Part shown: piece after piece, positions 28,093-39,222 of the stretch
Layout: the number at the start of each line of letters is the position of its first letter
Numbering within the stretch: position 1 is the stretch's first letter
DNA from: Octopus sinensis
Taxonomy: Eukaryota
Length of the DNA: 64,000 nucleotides
Direction of reading: 5' to 3'
Assembly: GCF_006345805.1 (NCBI RefSeq)
Contig: NC_043024.1
Location: 18,166,001 to 18,230,000 of the forward strand
The notes under the pieces: generated by a model
The model's database searches: none
What the model was told of the DNA's origin: nothing
The model's input: only the letters and a program-made list of their open reading frames with translations
Program-made: the position numbers and the translations under genes

Positions 28093-29538
28093 ATCATCAT
28101 CATCATCATCATCATCATCATTTAGCGTCCGTTTTCCATGCTAGCATGGGTTGGACGGTTCTACTGGGGTCTGTGAAGCCAGAAGGCTTCATCAGGCCCA
28201 GTCAGATCTGGCAGTGTTTCTACGGCTGGATGCCCTTCCCAACGCCAACCACTCCGTGAGTGTAGTGGGTGCTTTTTACGTGCCACCTGCACAGGTGCCA
28301 GACAGAGCTGGCAAACGGCCACGAACGGATGGTGCTTTTACGTGTCACCAGCACGGAGCCAGGCGAGGCTGGCAACGGACACGAACGGATGGTGCTTTTA
28401 CGTGCCACCAACACGGGGGCCAGACAGAGCTGGCAAACGGCCACGAACGGATGGTGCTTTTACGTGTCACCGGCACGGGGGCTAGGCGAGGCTGGCAACG
28501 GACACGAACGGATGGTGCTTTTACATGCCACCGACACGGGGGCCAGACAGGGCTGGCAAACGGCCACGAACGGATGGTGCTTTTACGTGTCACCGGCACG
28601 GGGGCTAGGCGAGGCTGGCAACGGACACGAACGGATGGTGCTTTTACATGCCACCGACACGGGGGCCAGACAGGGCTGGCAAACGGCCACGAACGGATGG
28701 TGCTTTTACGTGTCACCGGCACGGGGGCCAGGCGAGGCTGGCAACGGACACGAACAGATGGTGCTTTTACATGTCACCGACATGGGGGCCAGACAGGGCT
28801 GGCAAACGGCCACAAACGGATGGTGCTTTTACGTGTCACCGGCACGGGGGCCAGACAGAGCTGGCAAACGGCCACGAACGGATGGTGCTTTTACGTGTCA
28901 CCGGCATGGGGACCAGACAGAGCTGGCAAACGGCCACAAACGGATGGTGCTTTTACGTGTCACCGGCACGGGGGCCAGGCCAGGCTGGCAACGAACACGA
29001 ACGGATGGTGCTTTTACGTGCCACCGACACGGGGGCCAGACAGGGCTGGCAAACGGCTACGAACGGATGATACTTTTACGTGTCACCTGCACGGGGGCCC
29101 TGATGTTGATCGACCTCAATTTGGTTTGATCTTGATTTTGACTGTTCTCACTGGTCTTGCCGGGTTTTCTCACGCACAGCATACCTCCAAAGGTCTCGGT
29201 CACTGGTCATTTCCTTGGTGAGACCTAATGTTCGAAGGTCGTGCTTCACCGCCTCGACCCAGGTTTTCCTGGGTCTACCTCTTCCACAGGTCCCCTCAAC
29301 TGCCAGGGTGTGGCACTTTCGCACACAACTATCTTCAGCCATTCTCATCACATGACCATACCAGCGCATACGTCTCTCTTGCACACAACAACTGATGCTT
29401 CTTAGGTTCAACTTTTCTCTCAAGGTACTTACACTCTGTCGATTATGAACACTGACGTTACACATCTATCGGAGCATACTAGCTTCATTTCTTGCGAGCT
29501 TACGCAAATCCTCAGCAGTCACAGCCTCAGCAGTCACA
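28093..29538 (-). mobile_element. RTE LINE 3' fragment with expanded 3' UTR tandem array
   Basis: Minus ORF 29148-29465 is the RTE C-terminus (RRMRWYGHV..GRGRPRKTW); (CAT)n tail at 28093-28121; 14-bp duplication cctcagcagtcaca at the 5' junction. Confidence 0.93.
28266..29099 (-). repeat. Tandem array of 14 units of 60-62 bp, partly organised as a 123-bp A/B dimer
   Basis: GGTGCTTTTAC anchor at about 28268 and at 28331, 28391, 28453, 28514, 28576, 28637, 28699, 28760, 28822, 28884, 28946, 29007 and 29069 (last one variant). Confidence 0.95.
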
Positions 29539-29554
29539 TATATATATACATAAT

Positions 29555-29997
29555 TAAATGAAAGAATGGAGTCAAACGAAGATGTTAACAAAATTCTTTT
29601 ACTCTCGACATATGTAAATCATACAAATGTAAACACTGGCAGAAACATACTTTCTACTCATATAAATGATAACGATAGTCACTGTGGTTTGAACAATTAG
29701 CTTTACGTCCACTGCACTTCTATAGCGAAATTCTTTCCTAAGCCTTCGAACATTCCTTCAATCAACGTACCCTTCCCTCTCCACTTGTTCCCTACCTATT
29801 ATTCCTTTAACCCTTCTCTTCCTACTATCTATCTTTGACATCAATTCTTGTCAAGAGAGGCTCCCTTTCTTTCCTGATGAGAAGATTGCATAATGCACCC
29901 TTTATTCCTTTGGAATGAAAACATGTTGTCTTCGAAACATATGTCGAGAGTAAAGGAATTTTGTTAACATCTTCGTTTGACTCCATTCTTTCATTTA
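29555..29997 (+). mobile_element. Penelope-like non-autonomous unit with inverted 61-bp ends
   Basis: 29555-29615 is the reverse complement of 29937-29997 (1 mismatch); the hammerhead lies inside; no convincing ORF. Confidence 0.65.
29864..29956 (+). ncRNA. Type I hammerhead ribozyme motif, catalytic core intact
   Basis: Stem I CCUUUCUUUC / GAGAG(U)AAAGG; CUGAUGA 29874-29880; stem II GAAGAUUGCAU / AUGUUGUCUUC; GAAA 29934-29937; palindromic stem III ACAUAUGU; predicted cleavage after GUC (C29945). Confidence 0.85.
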
Positions 29998-30154
29998 TTC
30001 ATATACAACACACAAATTTCTGCACATGAACCCGGAGTTTCTACCCTTGGACAGGTCGCTTCAACCGTGTTTCTGACGTGAATTTGCTACCCAGGTTTCG
30101 GTTAAACGAAATTTCCATGCTGACAATAAACATAGGATAATTCATTCACCTATT

Positions 30155-30195
<41 letters not shown>

Positions 30196-30621
30196 TCTTT
30201 TCTGCTCTAAGCATAAGGCTCGAAATTTTGGGGGAGGACCCCAGTATGCAACCAGTACTTAATTTATCGACACCAAAAAGGATGAAAGGCAAAGTTGACC
30301 TTGGCGGAATTTGAACTCAGAACTTGAAGACAGAAGACTGCTAAGCATTTCGCCCGGCATGCTAACGAATCTGCCAGCTCACTACCTTGTGTGTGTGTGT
30401 ATATGTATATATATGCATCTTATTCTTTCATTCTTTTATACATTGTAACCCTAAGATTGTGGCCATGCCAGGGTACCACCACCTGTGTGTGTGTGTGTGT
30501 ATGTCTTATTCTTTTAGTCTTTTACATGTTTCAGCCCTAAGTGTATATATATCATCATCATTTGATAGCTCTTTACCATTCTGGCATGGATTGGATAGTT
30601 TGGTGGTGATAGTGGTGGCAG

Positions 30622-30655
<34 letters not shown>

Positions 30656-31166
30656 GGAAAAAACAGAAAAATAATTTTATGAGAAAGGAAAGAAAAAAAT
30701 ACAATTATATAAACTGCTTTCAAGCATAAAAGAGAAAATAAAGTAAATTCAATAATGCAGAAAACAGATAAAAACTGAAATGACTGCCCAAGCGAAGTGG
30801 GGGAGGGGTAGAAAAAGAAAGCATAAATGAAGCTTAAAAATAAGAAAACATCATAGAAAGTTGATAACAAAACAATAATTAGAAAACATTTTAAAAGTTG
30901 TGAAAAAAAACTATAATATTAAAAAAAAAGGCCATCAGACCATGGAGATTTTGCCTCAACAAATTCAGTCCAGTCCATGTGATTATGGAAAAGTAGACAT
31001 TATAGGTGCAGGAGTGGCTGTGTGGTAAGAAGCTTGCTTCCTAACCACATGGCTCTGGGTTCAGTCCCACTGTGTGGCATCTTGGGCAAGTGTTTTTCTA
31101 CTATGACCTCAGGCTGACCAAATCCTTATGAGTGGTGTTGGTAGACAGAAACTAAAAGTTCATCGT

Positions 31167-32171
31167 ATCATCATCATCATCATCATCATCATTGTTTAAC
31201 TTTCGTTTTCCATGCTAGCATGGGTTGGACAGTTCGACCAGGGTATGAGAAGCCAGGAGACTGCACCAGTCTCCAGTCTGATCTGGCAGTGTTTCTACAG
31301 CTGGATGCCCTTCCTAACACCAACAACTCCGTGAGTGTAGTGGGTGCTTTTTATGTGCCACCAGCACAGGTGCCAGGGGAGGTTGCCAACAGCCATGATC
31401 GGTTGGTGCTTTTTACGTGCCACTGGCACGGAAGCCAGTCAAGGCAGCGCTGGCATTGGCCACGTACAGATGGTGCTGTTTACGTGCCACTGGCACAGGT
31501 ATCACGACTGCAATTCCCATTTAATTTTTTGTTGTTGGATGTTGATGTACTTGACTCAGTAGGTCTCCTCAAGCACAGGAGGCTGTCCTGCGATCCAAGG
31601 CACTTTGGAAGGGCTGGGGCTTCCATGTGAAGCTGGTGCAGGAAACAGCCATGAACTTACGTTATTTGTCGGGTCTTGGCAGTCACAGCCTATCTCCAGA
31701 GGTCTCGGTCTTTTGTCATTGCCTCTGTGAGACCCAACGTTCGAAGGTCACGCTTGACCACCTCATCCCATGTTTTCCTAGGTCTACCTCTACCAGCGCA
31801 GATGTCTCTCTTGCACCCCACATCCAATGTCCAGCATTTCTCTCATGGCACTTACACTCTGTCGTGTATGCACAGACATTACACATCCAGCAGATCATGC
31901 TAGCTTCATTTCTTTCAAGCCTACGCATGTCCTCTGCAGTCACAGCCCATGTTTCACTGCCGTGAAGCATGGCAGTTCGCACACATGCATCATACAATCT
32001 ACCTTTCACCATTAGCAAGAAACCCTTTGTCACCAGTAGGGGTAGGAGCTTTCTAAACTTTGTCCAAGCTATTCTTATTCTAGTGGTAACACTCTGAGCA
32101 TCCACCCCACTACTAACTTGGTCACCTAGGTAGCGGAAACTATCAACTACTTCTAGTTTCTCCCCCAGGAG
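31167..32171 (-). mobile_element. RTE LINE 3' fragment, diverged, internally deleted
   Basis: Minus ORF 31716-32105 has RIRIAWTKFRKLLPLL..GSETWAVTAEDM; RTE 3' UTR and (CAT)n tail. Confidence 0.9.
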
Positions 32172-32177
32172 TATATG

Positions 32178-32244
<67 letters not shown>

Positions 32245-32519
32245 ATATATGTGTGTGTGGTGTGTGTGTGTATTATATATATATAATGCTCGAAATGGGG
32301 AGTAGATATACAGCCAACAACTGATGAAGGGTCAGTCTTTGTGTTACTTGTCCTGTTTTCTATTTCATTCTCTCATTTGTGTATTTAACTTGTTTGTTTT
32401 GTACTTAATGTTGTTTACACAGTTGGTGATGTCCTGTACCCATGTATATATATATATATATATATATAGATGTACTTGAATAGCGAGTGACTTGATCTGA
32501 GACCGTATGCTGGAATGAA

Positions 32520-32802
32520 AACAATTGCAGTGTGGAAGGTGTTTATAAGTCATTTAAGAAACACACAAAACCGTTAGATTCACATCAACATTTAAATTTA
32601 ATTTTTCAAAATATTTTCGTCGCTTTGAGACCGCGACCTGTTCACTGACAAAGAGATGCAGCACGAAGCATTGTCAGTGAACAGGTCGCGGTCTCAAAGC
32701 GATGAAAATATTTTGACAAATTAAACTTAAATGTTAAAGTGAATCGAACGGCTTTTGTGTGTTTCTTAAATGGCTTATAAACACCTTCCATGCTGCAATT
32801 GT

Positions 32803-32803
<1 letters not shown>
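32520..32803. repeat. 284-bp fold-back element (arms of about 132 bp, 19-nt loop)
   Basis: aacaattgcag..cactgacaa / ttgtcagtg..ctgcaattgtt; arms roughly 90% complementary. Confidence 0.9.
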
Positions 32804-32838
<35 letters not shown>

Positions 32839-33409
32839 TATATAGGTATGTCTTATTCTTTCATTCTTTTACACGTTTTAGCCCTAAGACTGTGGCCATG
32901 CTGGAGCACAATCACCGTGTGTGTGTGTGTGTGCATGTGTGTCTGTGTTTTTGTGGCTACCCCCTGCCACCACTTCATAATCAGTGTTGGTGTGTTTGTG
33001 TCCCTATAACGTAGCAGTTTGGTAAAAGAGACCAATAAAACAAGTACCAGGTTTTAGAAAAAACACTAAATACTGGGGACAGTTCATTCAATTAAAAATT
33101 CTTCAAGGTGGTGCCCCAGCATGACCACAGTCTAATGACTAAAACCAGTAAATAGTAAAAGATATGGTATTAAAATGATGAGGATGATGATAATGATGAT
33201 GATGGTCAAAATTGTTTTATAAATTGAAATTGTGACAAAGTTACTATTTTTGTCATACCGGAACTCCGTCGGTTACAACTAAAAGGGTTGATGTGACCTA
33301 TTGAACGATCTACTTATGAAATTAACATGCTAGTAGCTGAGTACTCCACAGACACATGTACTCCTAATGTAGTTCTTCTCTCAGGGAGATTCAGTATCAC
33401 ACACATATA

Positions 33410-33790
33410 GGCATAGGAGTGGCTGTGTGGTAAGTAGCTTGCTTACCGACCACATGGTTCTGGGTTCAGTCACACTCCATGGAACCTCGGGCAAGTGTCT
33501 TCTACTATAGACCAAAGCCTTGTGAGTGGATTTGGTAGATGGAAACTGAAAGAAGCCTTATTTATATACATGTATGTGTGTGTGTATATGTTTGTATCTT
33601 TGTGTTTGTCCCCCCAACATCACTTGAGAACCAATGCTGGTGTGTTTACGTCCCTGTAACTTAGCGGTTTGACAAAAGAGACCGATACAATAAGTACTAG
33701 GCTTAGAAAGAATAAGTCCTGGGGTTGATTTGCTCGACTAAAGACAGTGCTCCAGCATGGCCACAGTCAAATGACTGAAACAAGTAAAAG
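33410..33790 (+). mobile_element. tRNA-derived SINE family 1 (CORE-like CTTGGGCAAG motif, internal TA/CA microsatellite), full copy
   Basis: Head ggagtggctgtgtggtaag..gggttcagtc; tail tgactgaaacaagtaaaag. About 25 full or partial copies, e.g. 3510-3890(-), 17395-17690(-), 40160-40550(-), 41090-41360(+), 43872-44190(+), 49635-50010(+), 55717-56085(+), 56862-57195(+). Confidence 0.85.
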
Positions 33791-33800
33791 ACATATATTA

Positions 33801-34016
33801 GAGTCAATGTAGCAAAGACCAAAGTTCTAGTAAGTAGGAAGGCAAACACACCACACACCCTTTCAGGTAGGTGGCCCTGCTCGATCTGTAGAAAAGGTGT
33901 AGGTAGAAACTCCATAAGATGTACCCAGGTGCAGTCTCCTAGCTTCTCATACCCCGGTCGAACCGTCCAACCCATGCTAGCATGGAAAACGGACATTAAA
34001 CAATGATGATGATGAT

Positions 34017-34017
<1 letters not shown>
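33801..34017 (+). mobile_element. Internally deleted mini-RTE
   Basis: 33801-33928 matches the RT/finger region (tggccctgctcgatctgtagaaaaggtgtaggtagaaactc) and is joined directly to the last ~90 nt of the 3' UTR plus the (GAT)n tail. Confidence 0.85.
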
Positions 34018-34049
<32 letters not shown>

Positions 34050-34618
34050 ATAGGCGCAGGCACCACATGGTTCCAGGTTCAATCCTACTGCATGGCACCT
34101 TGAGCATATGTTTCCTACAACAGCCTCAAGCCAACCAAAGCTTCATGAGTGGACTCGGTAGACTGAAACTGAAAGAAGCCCATCGTGTGTGTGTGTATTT
34201 CCTCACCACTGCTTGACTTAGCAGTTTGGCAGGACAGACCGATAGAATAAGTACCAGGCTTTACAGAAAATAGTGACCACTGGGGTCAATTCCTTTGACT
34301 AGAATTCTTGATGGTGACCCCCCCCCCAGCATACAGAGTATTATTATACAAACAATACGAATAACCATGATAACAAAATTCATGTACAGATCAGACAGTA
34401 TAAACTGCTTCTTATGTTTATTCTACACTTTCCAATATGTTGTGCATATGTTCACAGGAGTGTGTGTGTGTGTGTGTGTGTGTGTGCATGTACTCTTGTA
34501 TTGCCATCACATGATGAGTGTAAAAGAGAGAGTCCTATAAGTGATATGAGCACCAACCTTTGCTGGTAGCAGAGAACAACCAGGTGAGATTCATATAGGA
34601 TGTGCCAATATACACAGA

Positions 34619-34920
34619 TGGAGGTGCAATGGCCCAGTGGTTAGGGCAGCAGACTCGCTGTTGGAGGATCATGATTTCGATTCCCAGACCAGGCATTGTG
34701 TGTGTTTATTGAACGAAAACACCTAAAGCTCCACGAGGCTCCAGCAGAGGCAGGGCGACTCCTGTTGTACTCTTTCACCCCGACTTTCTCTCACTCCTTC
34801 TTCCTGTTTCTTGGGTAATGATGTGATGGACTGGCATCCCATCCAACTGGGGGGAACACATACGCCACAGAAACCGGGAAACCAGGCCCATGAGCCTGGC
34901 TAGGCTTGAAAAGGGCAAAG
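34619..34920 (+). mobile_element. tRNA-derived SINE family 3
   Basis: ggaggtgcaatggcccagtggttagggcagcagactcg..tttcgattcccagacc head; related copies at 16483-16790(+), 41605-41985(-) and 47965-48240(-). Confidence 0.8.
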
Positions 34921-34922
34921 AT

Positions 34923-34923
34923 G

Positions 34924-34962
<39 letters not shown>

Positions 34963-34969
34963 TAATAAT

Positions 34970-35004
<35 letters not shown>

Positions 35005-35225
35005 TATTAATAATAATAATAATAATCATAATAATAATAATAATCAAAATAATAATAATAATAATCATCATAATAATAATAATAATAATCATAATAATAA
35101 TAATCATAATAATAATAATAATAATAATAATCATAATAATAATAATAATAATAATCATAATAATAATAATCATAATAATAATAATAATAATCATAATAAT
35201 AATAATCATAATAATAATAATAATC

Positions 35226-35262
<37 letters not shown>
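34923..35262. repeat. (AAT)n array with periodic AATC variants, upstream of the Dong element
   Basis: Direct reading; matching array at 39144-39342. Confidence 0.95.
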
Positions 35263-35265
<3 letters not shown>

Positions 35266-38200
35266 ACCGGGGGACGGAGATACACCGGGGGACGTTTAAG
35301 ACGTAAGAAGGATAAAACAGAGCTCTGAAATCTATCCACAAACATCGAAAACAAGGACATCGTATGGAGCCAAAGATTTACTAACAAAGGATTGGACTGT
35401 ATCCGAGTAAGTAATACTAATTGAAATTTATTACTATTTTCGAAACGAAATGATGTATTTTGACTCGATATCATCTCCACCTCTAACACAACACATGTAA
35501 ACATGCGTGGAACATTACAATCCACCAACACCAGATCATCCCCGACCCCAAACACCATGTACAAAGGAACTACGAAGAAATTAAATGCCGCCGATATTAT
35601 TCAACCCAAGAATAACAATCGAGAGGTACGTACTTTAAACTTACAACACAAAATTTACGAAAAACTACACGTGCAAAACAATGTGACAACAGAAATGAAC
35701 GGACCTGTACCCTACGAAAATGACGACCATCAAAATAATGGGCCGGACGTTGTTCCTCATGTCCCACAAATAAAACCCAAAAGACATAAATGGACACGTG
35801 AGGAATACATTTCTATCTTACACGCATACTTCACAGCAGTGCTCTACCCAAAAAGTGAAAACACAACAACACATACATATAAAATATGGAAGGAAAATAA
35901 CATAAATATAGACTTGGATACAGCAATGAACCCTAATAAATTAGCTAATGTACGAAGATACATTCTCAACGCAAAAAAAATATCAGAAATAGAAATAGAA
36001 CATCTAAAAGAAAAAATACACCAGGAAAAGGTAGATAGAAGCCACACAACAATGCCCAATAATATAAACACTGAAACAGTAAAACACAAAGACAAACGTA
36101 ACATTCCCAACAAACACGATGTAAACAAAAAACAACAAACCCAGACTGTAAGGATGCATAATAATACACGACAAACAGCAAGCCAAAACACGGCAAACAA
36201 ACATATAAATAAGAAAGAAAGCGACACAAAGCTAAAACCTGGAAACAATGAAGGGGAGCCTAATGATTATGATAATATAAAAAGTAAAATAATCAAAGAA
36301 CTGAAAACCACAGAGCTCAAAATGGACCACTGACCATACCTCCCAAGAATCAAAATAGACGAAACAACAACACCAATTATAAACAGCATAAACCTAGCCG
36401 TCACGGAACTAATAGCCACTGAAACAAAAAGCGATATCACTGAGCTAAATGACTTAGTATACGCAGCAGCCACTGCAGCCACAAAAGTAGCTGGATACTC
36501 ACTCAAACCCATCCAAACAGGAGTACCACCACCCAAACAAACCCTGTGGATAAATAACATCCAAAACAAAATACAAAAAATGAGAAAAGATCTGTCGATT
36601 CTTAATGAAATCAGTAGACAATCAACGCTACTGAGCAACAAAAAGAAAACAAAAATACTCTGCAAATATAACATCACAGAAAAAGATTTACCTGAGATAA
36701 AAGAAAAGCTGAAGCAAGATATCCTTGCCGAAGCACAAAGGATCCGCCGGTACGAGAAACGCCAGCGCTTCTTTGAACAAAACAAAAAGTCCAACCCCAA
36801 AAAGTTCTACCAAGAACTTGGCAAAAATAAAATAGAAATCACTGCAGCACCAACGGCAGAAGAAGTGGAAGAATTCTGGAGAGAAATATGGTCGGCGAAT
36901 GAACAACCAAAAAAAAGGAGTATCAAAACAACAAACTCAGCATCTGAGCAACTTTGGACCCCCATAACAACTGAAGAGGTCACCCAGGTACTGCAAAGAT
37001 TAAGCAACTGGAAGGCACCTGGGCATGACAAGATCCCCAACTTCTGGTTGAAATATCTAACAAGCACCTGGTTGAACAAGCACCTGGACGAAAACAACCT
37101 GTTCCCAGAAGAGCAGAAAGGATGCCGCAAAGGCTCATATGGCTGTAAAGATCAACTAATGATTAATAAAGCCATAACTGAAGACAGCCACAGAAAGAAG
37201 AAAGGCCTCAGTATGGCCTGGATCAACTACAAAAAGGCGTTTGATAGCATCCCTCACACATGGATCCTCAAAACACTAGCCATTAACAAAGTAGCACCAA
37301 CAATCATAAAATTCATCGGGCACTCTATGAATAAATGGCAAACAGTGCTACAGCTCCAAACAAAAGAGGGACTCATGAAAATCAAAGCCATCCCCATTAG
37401 AAGAGGAATATTCCAGGGAGACACGCTCTCTCCACTCCTTTTCTGCTTGGCACTGTCACCTCTATCTGATATGCTAAATTGAACTGGATGCGAATATAAA
37501 TGTTACGGCAAAACGATCAGCCACCTTTTATATATGGATGACCTAAAACTATACGCTGCAAATGACAAACAGCTGGAAACACTATTAAAGACAGTTCATG
37601 GATTTACCAAAGAAATAGATATGAAATTTGGATTAGAAAAATGCGCCAAAGTAACCATGAAAAGAGGAAAACTAGTTAAGAGTAGTAACATCACACTAGA
37701 TAAAACCAATGAAATGAAAGAATTAGACCAAAGCCAAACTTACAAATACTTAGGAATCCATGAACTAGATAAGACACAACACACACAAATGAAAGAGAAA
37801 ATAAAAAAAGAATATTATAGACGAGTTAGATCAATACTAAAAATAGAGCTCAATGCTAAAAACAAGATAATAGGTATTAACACTTTAGCTGTCCCAGTTA
37901 TAAGTTACAGCTACAATATCCTTAACTGGACACTAAATGAACTGACCAAAATAGATAGGAAAACAAGAAAAATAATGACAGGATCTAGGATGCATCACCC
38001 AAAATCTGACATAGAAAGACTATATATACAACGTATAGAAGGTGGTAGAGGCCTTATACAACTGGAAAACTACTATAAAATAATCACCATAGGACTGATA
38101 CAAATAGCGGCAAAACACGAGCAAAACAAAAAACTGTTCTCAGTATTTAAGGAAGCTGACAAATACAAACAAGAAATCATACCACCTAATAAATATGAAG

Positions 38201-39140
38201 AAGAAGAAGAAGAAGAAGATGAAGAAACAACAAAAGCTATAAAACAAATGAAATCCAAACTAAAAATAGAACAGCAACGAACCATGATAAAACGATGGCA
38301 AGAAAAGCCCCTTCATGGTAAATACTGGACTAAACTAAATGCAAAAGAAATAGACAAAGAAAAATCCCAGTAATGGTTGAGAAGCTCAGGACTCAAAGCA
38401 GAGACAGAGGGATTTTTAATTGCAGCACAAGACTAAAGCCTCCCCACCAGAAATTACCAAAGACAGGTAATGAAAAGAAATATAACAAGTAACTGCAGAA
38501 TATGTGGAGATGGACAAGAAACAATAAATCATATTATCTCTAGCTGCCCAGTCCTGGCTAAGAAGGAATATATTCACAGACATGACAGAGTAGGAACCTA
38601 CATACACTGTAAGCTATGCCAACATTATGGAATAACAACAGAAAAAAGATGATATAGGCACACACCAGAAAAGGTCACAGAAAACGAGAAAGCAACCATA
38701 CTCTGGGATATGCCGATACACACAGATAGAGAAATTAAGGCCAACAGACCAGATATAGTTGTCAGAGATCATGAAGAAAAAAAATGCTTTCTAATTGATG
38801 TATCAATACCGGCAGATGACAACGGAGAAACTCTCAAAATACAAAGACCTAGAAATAGAGGTAACCAGAATGTGGAATCTAAAAACAGAAACAATTCCTA
38901 TCATAGTAGGTGCATTAGGCATGATAAAAAAATATTCATACAAATACATAACAAAAACACCAGGACTTACAAACACATAGAACATACAGAAAATTGCACT
39001 ACTAGGCACTGCACACATCCTACGCAGAACACTTTCCATACAATAACCATCAGAGCATCACAACAAATCACAGCACATACCTAAGGCACACGGAGCTGCG
39101 CTCAGTAGTGAAGTGAAAGCACGCTATAAAAATAAAACTA

Positions 39141-39143
<3 letters not shown>
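35262..39143 (+). mobile_element. R4/Dong-clade (restriction-like endonuclease) non-LTR retrotransposon, near full length, inactivated
   Basis: Broken ORF (35503-36333, 36580-37482, 37534-38373, 38470-38652, 38710-38980) with RT motifs WKAPGHDKI, EEQKGCR, YKKAFDSIPH, GIFQGDTLSPLLF, YMDDLKLY, FGLEKCA; CCHC knuckle CRICGDGQETINHIISSC; RHDRV; RPDIV..LIDVSIP..KLSKYKDL nuclease. Flanked on both sides by (AAT)n; in-frame stops and internal deletions. Confidence 0.92.
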
Positions 39144-39176
<33 letters not shown>

Positions 39177-39188
39177 CATAATAATAAT

Positions 39189-39222
<34 letters not shown>

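Noticed and set aside
28266-29099. CRISPR-like appearance and long ORFs (28151-29221, 28269-29129) over the array
   Set aside because: Units are near-identical along their whole length with no unique spacers, no cas genes are present, and the same unit lies in the UTR of sister LINE copies; the ORFs simply reflect stop-poor repeats.
32290-32345. GAAA followed by CTGATGA (also at about 53540-53580) as a type II hammerhead
   Set aside because: Stems I and III cannot be formed around a UH site.
34619-34700. tRNA-like sequences (also 16483, 44521 and SINE heads)
   Set aside because: A/B boxes are present but there is no complete cloverleaf or Pol III terminator; they continue into SINE bodies.
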